Below are positions 31,240 to 40,683 of a DNA stretch of 64,000 nt, piece after piece. The notes under the pieces are model-generated. The model was not told the origin of the DNA, ran no database searches, and was given only the letters and a program-made list of their open reading frames with translations. Made by a program: the position numbers and the translations under genes. Location: positions 1 through 64,000 of the IMG/VR virus record IMGVR_UViG_3300042454_000021; one strand, 5' to 3'. Positions within the stretch are counted from its first letter, which is position 1. Each line of letters starts with the position of its first letter. The DNA is from a virus.

Positions 31240-34200
31240 ATGGACATAATTTGCTCCACTGGCGAATGCCCTGTTATATTAGATGCTCAATGCGTATTTT
31301 ACGAAGGAGCTAACCTGGTATGCACTGGTATTAATACTAACGATAATCTACAAACTGTAATACAGAAGTTAGATGCAAAAGTCTGTGAAGCCATAGGTGG
31401 AACAGGTACGTCTGGTACATCTGGTTCTAGTGGTTCTTCTGGATCTTCTGGTTCTAGTGGACAACGAGGTTCTACTGGTACAAATGGTACTTCAGGAAGC
31501 AATGGACGTAATGGAACTAATGGAACTTCAGGTTCTAGTGGACGTACAGGAACAGATGGAAGTAGTGGATCTAGTGGAACGTCAGGAAGTTCAGGTCGTG
31601 CTGGTTCTTCAGGTACCTCTGGATCTAGTGGTACTAGTGGAAGTAGTGGACGTAATGGTACGAAAGGTACATCTGGTAGCTCAGGAACAAGTGCTACATC
31701 AGGAACATCTGCAAGCTCAGGAAGCTCAGGAAGTTCTGGATCGTCTGGTAGTTCAGGAGCATCTGGAGATAGATATAGAGCATCTTCAACAAGTGAATTA
31801 ACATTAGGAGATGGTGGTACAATTACTGTTGAGCCTGGTTTATCATTTACAGAAGCACAACAAATTGTTATAACATACAATTATTTAAATTATCAAATTG
31901 CTCAGGTAATTAGTTATGTTCCAGCTACTGGAGAATTAACATTTAACGCTCCTTCTACTGTTGTAGGATCTGGAACATATTCAGTTTGGGCTGTAAACTT
32001 ACAAGGAGCAGCAGGAGGAGATGGTTCTTCAGGTACTAGTGGTTCAAGTGGTACGTCTGCTACAGCAGGTACATCAGGATCAAGTGGTTCAAGTGCTAGC
32101 TCAGGTACATCAGCTACAGCAGGAACAAATGGTACAGATGGTTCTAATGGAACATCTGGTACAGCTGGCACCAGTGGTACAGATGGATCAAATGGAACCT
32201 CAGCAACATCAGGCACAGCAGGAACTTCTGCCACTGCAGGTACATCTGGGTCTAGTGGTACATCAGGAACAGCTGGAACAGATGGTTCGAGTGGTACAAG
32301 CGCAGCAGATGGTACTATGGGTACATCAGGTACTTCTGGTAGAGATGCTACTGCTGGTACGTCAGGACGTGATGCAACGTCTGGTATTGATGGAACTAGT
32401 GGTACATCAGCTTCAAGTGGAACTTCTGGTTCTAATGGAACTAATGGATCTTCAGCTAGTTCTGGAGAAAGTGGAACATCAGGAACAAATGGTTCAAGTG
32501 GAACAACAGGAACTGATGGATCTAGTGGAACGAATGGTTCTTCTGGAACTGATGGGTCTTCAGGTACATCAGGTACGACAGGTACAGATGGATCTTCTGG
32601 CACTAGTGCAACATCTGGAACTACAGGAACTTCAGGTACATCTGCTTCTTCAGGAACTTCAGGAACCTCAGGAACAAATGGAACGTCTGGAACTACAGGA
32701 ACTGATGGTAGTTCTGGTACTTCAGCTAGTTCAGGTAGCTCAGGTACAACAGGAACTGATGGTTCAAGTGGCACAAGTGGACAAGATGCAACAGCAGGAA
32801 CATCAGGTTCTTCAGGTACTTCAGGTACTGCAGGAACATCAGCCACAGCTGGAACATCTGGATCTAGTGGAGCATCAGGTATATCAGGTGGACAGTTATA
32901 TTACTTAAATCTATCTGATACAACTATTAGCCCATTTGGATCTCCTACATATAAAGAATGGAGCCCAACCCCTTCAGGTGCTACTGAATCAACAGCAACA
33001 GTTACAGCTGGTAGTACTGCTACAGTTACTCTTGGAACCTTTGCTACAAATAGTGGAGTTCCTGGGATAACACAAATTCCTGGTGGTGTATGGGCATATT
33101 ATTTACATATAATGGCTAACCAAGCTTCAGCTAATGCTGAGGTGTATGTAGAGGTTTATAAATATACAATTGGTGCAGTATCAACATTATTGTTTACAAC
33201 AAACACAGCGTTCGTTAACTTTAATAATATTGTTCCTATACAAGTGTACACAGATGCATTCTATATAGGAGATGATGTAGTGGCTACAGATCGTTTATAT
33301 GCTATTGTTAAAATAGCTAATCTAGAAACATCATCTGTAGACTATACACTATATACAGAAGGAAGTGCTAACTATTCATATTCGCAAACTACATTCAATG
33401 CTCCTTCAGGAACATCTGGAACCTCTGGTGTAAATGCAACAGCAGGTACAAGTGGGCAAGATGCAACATCTGGTACTTCAGGAGTTAACGCAACTGCTGG
33501 TACAAGTGGTTCATCAGGTACATCAGGAGGAACAGGTGTTAATGGAACTAGTGGAACAACTGGTACTAGTGGATCAAGTGCTACTAGTGGAACTAGTGGT
33601 AGCAGCGCTTCTTCAGGAACGAGTGCATCTTCTGGAAGTTCTGGAACATCTGGTGCTACAGGAGCTAATGGTTCTTCAGGAACATCAGGAGCTAATGGCG
33701 CTTCAGGTGCTGTTGGATCTTCTGGAACTTCAGGATCTAGTGGTTTATCTAGAACAGCTGGTACATCAGGTGCCAATGGTGCTACAGGACCAACTGGACC
33801 TACTGGCCCAACAGGACCTTCAGGTACATCTAACGTGTACGCTACTGCAATGAACCAATACGTTAATACGAATAGTAACCCTACGTTTGGTACTATCTAT
33901 GCAACTGGTGAGGTGTATGCATATTATTCTGATGATCGTTTAAAGGATCGTGTTGGCGATATCAAGAACGCTACTGATAAGATTATGTCTCTAGATGCAT
34001 TCTATTATTTAGCTAATGAACTTGCTAAACAATTTGGATATAATGATAATAAGATTGAAGTAGGTTTATCTGCACAACAAATAAAAGCTGTAATGCCTGA
34101 GACTATAAACTTAGCTCCTTTTGATAGGAATCAAGATACAGGAGAATCTTTATCAGGTGAAAATTATATTACTGTTAATTACGCAAAATTAGTAACTTTG

Positions 34201-34257
34201 TTAGTAGCTGGTTTTAAAGAACAGCAAAAAGAAATTGAGGAATTAAAACGTAAATAG
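31240..34257 (+). CDS. Tail/head fibre with Gly-X-Y (GTS/GSS) repeats and a C-terminal intramolecular chaperone (peptidase S74)
   Basis: Cys-rich N-terminal anchor (CPVILDAQCVFYEG), three Gly-Thr/Ser-Ser tracts, then YSDDRLK...GLSAQ...VNYAKL and a terminal coiled coil. Confidence 0.85.
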   Translation: MDIICSTGECPVILDAQCVFYEGANLVCTGINTNDNLQTVIQKLDAKVCEAIGGTGTSGTSGSSGSSGSSGSSGQRGSTGTNGTSGSNGRNGTNGTSGSSGRTGTDGSSGSSGTSGSSGRAGSSGTSGSSGTSGSSGRNGTKGTSGSSGTSATSGTSASSGSSGSSGSSGSSGASGDRYRASSTSELTLGDGGTITVEPGLSFTEAQQIVITYNYLNYQIAQVISYVPATGELTFNAPSTVVGSGTYSVWAVNLQGAAGGDGSSGTSGSSGTSATAGTSGSSGSSASSGTSATAGTNGTDGSNGTSGTAGTSGTDGSNGTSATSGTAGTSATAGTSGSSGTSGTAGTDGSSGTSAADGTMGTSGTSGRDATAGTSGRDATSGIDGTSGTSASSGTSGSNGTNGSSASSGESGTSGTNGSSGTTGTDGSSGTNGSSGTDGSSGTSGTTGTDGSSGTSATSGTTGTSGTSASSGTSGTSGTNGTSGTTGTDGSSGTSASSGSSGTTGTDGSSGTSGQDATAGTSGSSGTSGTAGTSATAGTSGSSGASGISGGQLYYLNLSDTTISPFGSPTYKEWSPTPSGATESTATVTAGSTATVTLGTFATNSGVPGITQIPGGVWAYYLHIMANQASANAEVYVEVYKYTIGAVSTLLFTTNTAFVNFNNIVPIQVYTDAFYIGDDVVATDRLYAIVKIANLETSSVDYTLYTEGSANYSYSQTTFNAPSGTSGTSGVNATAGTSGQDATSGTSGVNATAGTSGSSGTSGGTGVNGTSGTTGTSGSSATSGTSGSSASSGTSASSGSSGTSGATGANGSSGTSGANGASGAVGSSGTSGSSGLSRTAGTSGANGATGPTGPTGPTGPSGTSNVYATAMNQYVNTNSNPTFGTIYATGEVYAYYSDDRLKDRVGDIKNATDKIMSLDAFYYLANELAKQFGYNDNKIEVGLSAQQIKAVMPETINLAPFDRNQDTGESLSGENYITVNYAKLVTLLVAGFKEQQKEIEELKRK

Positions 34258-34259
34258 TT

Positions 34260-35258
34260 ATGACAATACCAAGTTCAGGTACCTTATCTATAGGTATGAT
34301 ACGAAATGAGCTATCTGCAATCAATGGTAGTTATGCATTAGGATCATTAAGTGTAACTGCAGGAAAAGCTGCTCCACATGCTATGGGAGAATTCTATGGC
34401 TATCAATTTTTTTGGACAACCAATGTTGTCGCTATTGTTGCTGGTGGAGGTGGAGGTGGATTTTATGCTGGTGGTGGTGGAGGAGGTGGAGGAGTAATTA
34501 GAAATGTTAATGTAACTATGTATCGTAATGTTAACTATACATTTACTGTAGGTGGAGGTGGTGGAGGTGATAGTACTTATGGAGGCAATGGTGGTAATGG
34601 AGGTAACTCAAACGCATTAGGATATACAGCAACTGGTGGTGGTGGAGGTGGAAGTCGTATTTCAGGAACTCAAAGTAATCCAGATCCCACAAACGCAGGA
34701 CAACCTGGAGGTAGTGGTGGTGGGGGTGGAGGAGCTCCAGGCAATGCTTCAGGTGGTGGTACTGGGAATCAAGGATTTCCTGGTAGTACAGCAATTGAAC
34801 CATATGGAGGAGCAGGAGGAGGAGCAGGAGGAAATCCTATTGTTAATGCATGGGGTTGTCCTTTAAGAGGAGGAACATCAGTCTCTGTTCCTGGTAGATC
34901 ATATGCTGGAGGTGGTGGAGGTGGAACTTGGTTAAGTGAAGAACTTACTCCTGGAGTATTTCTTGAACAAGGTGGTGAAACTGGAGGTGGAAGAGGTGGT
35001 GGTGGTCAACCTGGTGTTAATCTTCAATTTGCTACTGCAGGATCAAACACAGAAGGTGGTGGTGGTGGAGGAGGTGGAAATTTCCTTTTTGGACCTGGTG
35101 GATCATATGGTTTTGGAGCTAGTGGAGGTTCAGGTCAAATTAGAATCAGATACCCACTTCCACAAAAGATGAATGCTGGAACTGGATGGAATGGTGGAGA
35201 TGGTTATTTCTATCATGAAGTAAATGGAACAACTAACTTTACAACTTACGCAGGATAA
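34260..35258 (+). CDS. Glycine-rich fibre tip/adhesin-like protein
   Basis: N-terminal MTIPSSGTLSIGMIRNEL (gp38-like fibre-binding start), VAGGGGGG...GGGGGGG repeats and GGSGQIRIRY. Confidence 0.7.
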   Translation: MTIPSSGTLSIGMIRNELSAINGSYALGSLSVTAGKAAPHAMGEFYGYQFFWTTNVVAIVAGGGGGGFYAGGGGGGGGVIRNVNVTMYRNVNYTFTVGGGGGGDSTYGGNGGNGGNSNALGYTATGGGGGGSRISGTQSNPDPTNAGQPGGSGGGGGGAPGNASGGGTGNQGFPGSTAIEPYGGAGGGAGGNPIVNAWGCPLRGGTSVSVPGRSYAGGGGGGTWLSEELTPGVFLEQGGETGGGRGGGGQPGVNLQFATAGSNTEGGGGGGGGNFLFGPGGSYGFGASGGSGQIRIRYPLPQKMNAGTGWNGGDGYFYHEVNGTTNFTTYAG

Positions 35259-35262
35259 CATT

Positions 35263-35748
35263 ATGGCACATTTTGCAGAAATTGACGAAGAAACATACAA
35301 GGTTTTAAATGTAATAGTTGTACCAGATGAACAAGAACATAGGGGACAAGAATATTTAGCTGAAGATTGTAGGTTAGGTGGTATGTGGGTTCAAACATCA
35401 TATAATACAAGGTGTGGAGTTCATTATAAACCTAACTCATTTGAGCCTAGTGGTAAACCAGCATTTAGAAAAAACTATGCTAAGATAGGAGGATACTATG
35501 ATCCAATAGCTGATGGATTTTATTCAGAAAAGCCTGTAGACAATCCATCATTTATATTGGATCCTGATACATTTATTTGGGTACCTCCTGTTCCCTTTCC
35601 AAAAAAATTACCTGAAGGTTTAGATCAATTTAGTAATTATGCTTATATTTGGGACGAATCTCAACTACAGTGGTTTTTAGTAAAATCAGAATCATTTGGA
35701 TTTGAAAATGAGTATCTTAAAAATAAATTTGAAAAATCAAATATATAA
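35263..35748 (+). CDS. Conserved phage fibre-associated protein (MAHFAE family)
   Basis: MAHFAEIDE...VIVV...WVQTSYN...FRKNYA.IG..YD...W..PVP.P, a family usually found next to glycine-rich fibre genes. Start placed at the internal ATG 35263. Confidence 0.65.
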   Translation: MAHFAEIDEETYKVLNVIVVPDEQEHRGQEYLAEDCRLGGMWVQTSYNTRCGVHYKPNSFEPSGKPAFRKNYAKIGGYYDPIADGFYSEKPVDNPSFILDPDTFIWVPPVPFPKKLPEGLDQFSNYAYIWDESQLQWFLVKSESFGFENEYLKNKFEKSNI

Positions 35749-35775
35749 GATAAATTAAACCAACAAACTAAATAT

Positions 35776-37401
35776 ATGGAAAATGAAGAACAAATTGGAC
35801 CTATGGGTCCATTAGATTCTTTACATGAACAAAGTAAAGAAACAACATTTAACTTTGTAATTGTAGGAGGAGGTACAGCAGGATGGATGACTGCATTGTT
35901 CTTAAAAAAATATTATCCTTGGACAAATGTTACAGTATTAGCTAGTGCTGAAATTGGCATTTTAGGAGCTGGAGAAGGAACGACTCCTCACTTTATCAGT
36001 TTTATGGATCACATAGGTATCCCTGCTTCTGATATTGTAAAGCATGCAAAAGGAACGATTAAGAGTGGTATTAAATTTACTAATTGGAATGGAGATGATT
36101 CCTCATACTTTCATCCATTTTTTGAAAATTTAAATATAAATGTATTTAGAACAAACGATGCAACTAATTCTAATGGTGGAGGTCCCTCTACTTTAGTTTT
36201 AGAAAATATTTCTAAAGGTGAATCATTAGATGATATTTTATTTAGTGCTAATTCATCAAAAAGAAATCTAGTTAACTTTTCTCCATCTATAAATATAGGC
36301 AATAAGGATAAAAATCCAATCAGCCATTTTGATTCATTATCTACTTTTGGTATGCACTTTGATGCTAGGCTATTAGCCAAACATCTAAAGAAGACTGCTA
36401 TGTATGCTGGAGTTAAATATGTTGAGTCTGAACTTGATGAAGTTATAACTAACGAAGAAGATGGATCGATAAAACAAATTAAAACAAAACGTGGTGATAC
36501 ATTGCCTTCTAATTTTGTATTTGATTGTAGTGGATTTAATAGACTGATTATTGGTAAGCATTTTAATAGTGAATGGGAATCCTATTCAGATAGTTTACCA
36601 ATGAAGCGAGCTCTTCCATTTGTTATTCCTAATGAAACTAGTGATGTACCTCCATACACTGAATCAATAGCATTGAAATATGGTTGGATGTGGAGGATAC
36701 CTGTCGATGGTCGTTTTGGTTGTGGGTATGTTTTTGATTCTGATTTTATTTCAGATGAACAAGCAATGGATGAGATCAAAGAACAGTTTGGAAATGATAT
36801 AGAGTTTGGAAAACCATTTACATATGAAGCTGGACGATATAAAGAAACATGGATTAAGAACTGTATAGCTATTGGATTATCATCTGGATTCATTGAACCA
36901 TTAGAAGCTACATCTATATGGACTATTATTACAGCATTGAATGAATACCTTGTTAATAATTTAGGAGCTATAGCTAAAAATAAGTTCTATATTGATAGAT
37001 TTAACAATCAGATTAATAAGTTTCATGATGATACTAAAGATTTTATTTATCTACATTATTTAACAAAACGAGAAGACTCTGAGTTTTGGAAAACATTTAA
37101 AGAGAAAAATAAAATCACTGATAATATTAAAAAATATTTAGAGGAGTGCAAAGAAACTATACCTAACTCTAAGTTCTTGTCAACAATAAACAGTGCATAC
37201 GATATAACTAGTTTTCATGTAATAACAAATGGACTAGGTTTATTCAATCGTCAAAAAGCATTTGAACTTTTAGAAGCTAGTAGAAGTGATATTCGTAGAG
37301 AAGAATTCTTTACAAATACCATTAGCTTTAAAAGAAACGTGTTGTTAAATCTAACAACATTGCAAGATCATAATGAATTCTTACAATATCTAAAGATGTA
37401 A
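35776..37401 (+). CDS. Flavin-dependent (tryptophan-halogenase family) halogenase
   Basis: GGGTAG FAD motif, GEGTTP, catalytic Lys in GTIKSGIKF, YFHPF, FVFDCSGF, WMWRIP (WxWxIP) and FIEPLEATSI. Confidence 0.9.
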   Translation: MENEEQIGPMGPLDSLHEQSKETTFNFVIVGGGTAGWMTALFLKKYYPWTNVTVLASAEIGILGAGEGTTPHFISFMDHIGIPASDIVKHAKGTIKSGIKFTNWNGDDSSYFHPFFENLNINVFRTNDATNSNGGGPSTLVLENISKGESLDDILFSANSSKRNLVNFSPSINIGNKDKNPISHFDSLSTFGMHFDARLLAKHLKKTAMYAGVKYVESELDEVITNEEDGSIKQIKTKRGDTLPSNFVFDCSGFNRLIIGKHFNSEWESYSDSLPMKRALPFVIPNETSDVPPYTESIALKYGWMWRIPVDGRFGCGYVFDSDFISDEQAMDEIKEQFGNDIEFGKPFTYEAGRYKETWIKNCIAIGLSSGFIEPLEATSIWTIITALNEYLVNNLGAIAKNKFYIDRFNNQINKFHDDTKDFIYLHYLTKREDSEFWKTFKEKNKITDNIKKYLEECKETIPNSKFLSTINSAYDITSFHVITNGLGLFNRQKAFELLEASRSDIRREEFFTNTISFKRNVLLNLTTLQDHNEFLQYLKM

Positions 37402-37404
37402 CTT

Positions 37405-37947
37405 ATGCTTGATAAAGTATATTTTGGAGGCACTTATGCATATAAGAATTTTATCAATGATGATGAGCGTTTAGAACTAGAGGAATGGATATTATCTAAA
37501 AAAGAATTAATGACTTTCTCTAGACCTATAAATTCTGAAGAAGATCAATATACCCCTGGATTAAAACGTCATTTCAAAGTGTTACATCCTGATGACGAGA
37601 AACCAGAAATATTTCATAGGGTAAGAAATAAATTATTAGATTTAGAAAACATAACAAACCCTCTTCCTGCACCTGGTAATCTTGATTGGATTGGTATTGT
37701 AGGAGAAGGCGCATACGTTGAGCCTCACTGCGACGCTAACTTTCCTAATTATTATACTGTCAGATATAATTTATTAGTATCTTTTCCAGATGCTGGTGGT
37801 AGACCTATATATGGTGATGAGATTCTTCCAGTAGAAGAAAAGATGTTATGGAGATGTGATGCTGGAATAGTTAAACATTCTTCAGAAATAGTTAAAGGTG
37901 ATAAGTTAAGGATTAATTTATCATATGGTTTTTCATTTGAATTTTAA
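37405..37947 (+). CDS. 2OG-Fe(II) oxygenase
   Basis: HCD...H facial triad (EPHCD; KHSS) and a distal R (LRINLSYG). Confidence 0.75.
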   Translation: MLDKVYFGGTYAYKNFINDDERLELEEWILSKKELMTFSRPINSEEDQYTPGLKRHFKVLHPDDEKPEIFHRVRNKLLDLENITNPLPAPGNLDWIGIVGEGAYVEPHCDANFPNYYTVRYNLLVSFPDAGGRPIYGDEILPVEEKMLWRCDAGIVKHSSEIVKGDKLRINLSYGFSFEF

Positions 37948-37955
37948 TAAACATA

Positions 37956-38543
37956 ATGGAATTAAAATTAGTATTTCCTGTACACAGTCAAAGTAATCCT
38001 TTAGGATTTTATGTATATAATGATTGTTTTACAGAAGAAGAATTAGGATGGATAGGTAACCTACAAAAATTATATGACGTACAGAAAGCATCAACTGGTT
38101 TTGGTGAGGATGAGGATGATATAAGGAAGTCAGATGTGAAATGGTTACATCATGATGATAAGACATATTGGTTATATAATCGTTTATCAAACGTTGCTAT
38201 GTTAGCTAATAAAGAAACATGGCAATTTGACATCCCTTCAATTTTAGATTCTATTCAATATACACAGTATTATGATGATGGGGGACATTACGATTGGCAT
38301 ATGGACAATGGTCCTTATCCTATGAATACAAGAAAGATTAGTATTACTGTTCAACTATCTGATCCTAACGATTATGAAGGTGGAGTGTTAGAATTAAATG
38401 TAGGGAATACAATAGTTCAAATGCCTAAAGAGAAAGGATGCGCTGTATTATTCCCTAGTTATATGTTACATAGAGTTACACCAGTAACAAAAGGGGTACG
38501 TAAAAGTCTTGTTCTTTGGGTGGGTGGTACAACTTTTAAATAA
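37956..38543 (+). CDS. 2OG-Fe(II) oxygenase (PKHD/prolyl-hydroxylase-like)
   Basis: YDWHMD, RKIS, DYEGG and FPSYMLHRVTPVTKGVRKSLV. Confidence 0.9.
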   Translation: MELKLVFPVHSQSNPLGFYVYNDCFTEEELGWIGNLQKLYDVQKASTGFGEDEDDIRKSDVKWLHHDDKTYWLYNRLSNVAMLANKETWQFDIPSILDSIQYTQYYDDGGHYDWHMDNGPYPMNTRKISITVQLSDPNDYEGGVLELNVGNTIVQMPKEKGCAVLFPSYMLHRVTPVTKGVRKSLVLWVGGTTFK

Positions 38544-38544
38544 T

Positions 38545-39132
38545 ATGGATTTTATATATAGAAAAAATAACTTCTTATCATCAGACATGTGTAATGATTT
38601 TATTACTATGTTTGAATCTTCTCCATTACGTAAGAGAGGATGTATTGCTACAAAAAATAAGATTGCTATTGAGGTTGATTATATAAAACAATCTACAGAC
38701 ATTACCTTTTGGCCTGACTTTTTAGATAACGAAGAGAATAAAAAAGAGTGGGGAGAACTAATATCTAAGTTTCAACGTAAGCTACAATTTGAAATTGATA
38801 ACTATGTTGAGAAATATGAGACTTTAGAAAACATGGATAGGTTTGTTTTAGAAGGTTATAATATGCAAAAATATGAACCTACTGAAGGCTTTCATCAATG
38901 GCATTGTGAAAGAGGAAATCCTAGTACAGCACAAAGGATGTTAGTCTTCATGGTGTATTTAAATGATCTTGATGATGGTGGAACTGAATTTAAATATCAA
39001 GAGCACACTGAGAAAGCAGAGGAAGGTAAATTATTAATATGGCCTACAGATTGGACTCACACACATCGTGGACAAATAAGTAAAACAGAAACTAAATATA
39101 TTTTAACAGGTTGGTATTCTTTTAAACCATAA
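38545..39132 (+). CDS. 2OG-Fe(II) oxygenase (prolyl 4-hydroxylase-like)
   Basis: WHCE, RMLVFMVYLND..GGTEF, WPTDWTHTHRG and KYILTGW. Start at ATG 38545. Confidence 0.9.
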   Translation: MDFIYRKNNFLSSDMCNDFITMFESSPLRKRGCIATKNKIAIEVDYIKQSTDITFWPDFLDNEENKKEWGELISKFQRKLQFEIDNYVEKYETLENMDRFVLEGYNMQKYEPTEGFHQWHCERGNPSTAQRMLVFMVYLNDLDDGGTEFKYQEHTEKAEEGKLLIWPTDWTHTHRGQISKTETKYILTGWYSFKP

Positions 39133-39133
39133 T

Positions 39134-39751
39134 ATGAAAGTTACAAGTAGCTTTAATAACTATTTAGTTATAGATGATTTTCTAAAAGAGGATGAATTAA
39201 AAAACGTTTGGTTAGAATTAGACTTCTTAACTAATAAATCTATAATGCTACCTCCTGAGAAATCTAGTAGTGCTAGGGATACATTAACTAACGTAATATT
39301 AAAAAAGAATAATGTTATATTTCTAGATGATGTATATCAAAACAGAGAGACATCACATATATTTAATGTATTTCAAAAATTACGTGGGGAAGAATTAACT
39401 GATATCATAGAAGATCTACCTCATGAATTTAAATATTTTAAATACATAGGACATGATCGTACATTTATTAGTTACTATGAGGATAGTGATTACTATAAAC
39501 CTCATGTTGATCAAGCAGTTTTAACATGTTTATATTGGTGTAATAAATCTCCAAAATCATTTGAAGGAGGTAATTTAACAATAGGTGATGAACAAACACA
39601 AATTGAATATAAGAATAACAGATTAGTTATATTCCCATCTTATAATATACATTCAGTAGATGTTATAAAGATGGCAGAAGATAACATACCATTTTCAGGA
39701 TGGGGAAGATATACAATAACTAAATTTTTATTTGTTAACCCTAAACCTTAA
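39134..39751 (+). CDS. 2OG-Fe(II) oxygenase
   Basis: YYKPHVD, FEGG, NNRLVIFPS..HSV and GRYTI. Confidence 0.88.
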   Translation: MKVTSSFNNYLVIDDFLKEDELKNVWLELDFLTNKSIMLPPEKSSSARDTLTNVILKKNNVIFLDDVYQNRETSHIFNVFQKLRGEELTDIIEDLPHEFKYFKYIGHDRTFISYYEDSDYYKPHVDQAVLTCLYWCNKSPKSFEGGNLTIGDEQTQIEYKNNRLVIFPSYNIHSVDVIKMAEDNIPFSGWGRYTITKFLFVNPKP

Positions 39752-40090
39752 ATGATGATCTATCCTATAGTATTTATAATTTACTTATTAGTTTTATATT
39801 ACTTAATAGGTAATGTAAAGATTATAGATAGATACAAGATGTATCTTTCAAAAGAATATTGGACAGACTACAATAGTATTGAGGCAGCTGCATGGTTGGC
39901 TAAAGCTGTCATCATTATCCCTGGACTTATATTTGGTGTAGAGATATGGTGGTTACACTTCTTGACATTAGCTACATCATCAGCTTTGATATGGGCTAGT
40001 ATGAGAAAGAGCCTACCTACATTGATTGCTTTTAACACTATCTGGATATGTATATCTTTAACAATTATAACTAGACACTTACTACTGTAA
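39752..40090 (+). CDS. Small integral membrane protein (about 4 TM) within the oxygenase cluster
   Basis: 112 aa, almost entirely hydrophobic segments, translationally coupled on both sides. Confidence 0.65.
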   Translation: MMIYPIVFIIYLLVLYYLIGNVKIIDRYKMYLSKEYWTDYNSIEAAAWLAKAVIIIPGLIFGVEIWWLHFLTLATSSALIWASMRKSLPTLIAFNTIWICISLTIITRHLLL

Positions 40091-40683
40091 TGCTAATTAG
40101 ACCAACATTTGAAGCCAACCCAGAGTTTCGTCAGATAACTCCATATCATATCGCTAATGCCTTTACACAAGAGGAGTTAGAGTGGATAGGTAATTTACAA
40201 CAACTATACCCTTATCAAGATGCTAGTATAGGTGGAGATGAAACATCCCAACTAGATGAGTCTATTAGAAAGTCTAGAATAAAATGGATACATCATGATG
40301 ATAAATCATGGTGGGTGTATGATAAGTTAGTTAAACACATAGAAGAGGCAAACAAAACATGGGGCTTTGCAATCAATTCTATCATTGATTCTATTCAATA
40401 TACAGAATACTATGAAGGTGGTGGTCACTATGACTGGCACATGGACGTAGGAAATCATCCAATGAACAATAGAAAGATTAGTGTAACAATACAACTATCT
40501 TCTCCTGATGATTATGAAGGAGGCGATCTTGAGTTTTGGGTGGGAAGAACTCCAGATAAAGCACCTAGAGAACATTTGTTAGCAATCCTATTCCCTAGTT
40601 ATCTAATGCACAGAGTGACACCAATAACTAAGGGAGTAAGAAAGTCTTTAGTTGTTTGGGTAGGAGGGGATACATTTAGATAG
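40090..40683 (+). CDS. 2OG-Fe(II) oxygenase, paralogue of 37956..38543
   Basis: YDWHMD, RKIS, DYEGG and FPSYLMHRVTPITKGVRKSLV. Confidence 0.9.
   Translation: MLIRPTFEANPEFRQITPYHIANAFTQEELEWIGNLQQLYPYQDASIGGDETSQLDESIRKSRIKWIHHDDKSWWVYDKLVKHIEEANKTWGFAINSIIDSIQYTEYYEGGGHYDWHMDVGNHPMNNRKISVTIQLSSPDDYEGGDLEFWVGRTPDKAPREHLLAILFPSYLMHRVTPITKGVRKSLVVWVGGDTFR

Noticed and set aside
31400-33830. Possible CRISPR array or DNA tandem repeat
   Set aside because: The repeats are degenerate at synonymous positions and in frame within a CDS; there is no constant repeat with unique spacers.
31299-33853. Long antisense and alternate-frame ORFs (VP/EP-rich, VLQV-rich) over the fibre gene, and similar ones at 51554-52240
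   Set aside because: These are shadows of the GTS triplet repeats, which lack stops in other frames. There is no independent coding signal.
35776-40683. RiPP/secondary-metabolite cluster
   Set aside because: There is no evident precursor peptide, dedicated protease or exporter next to the enzymes. The context is a virion fibre operon.
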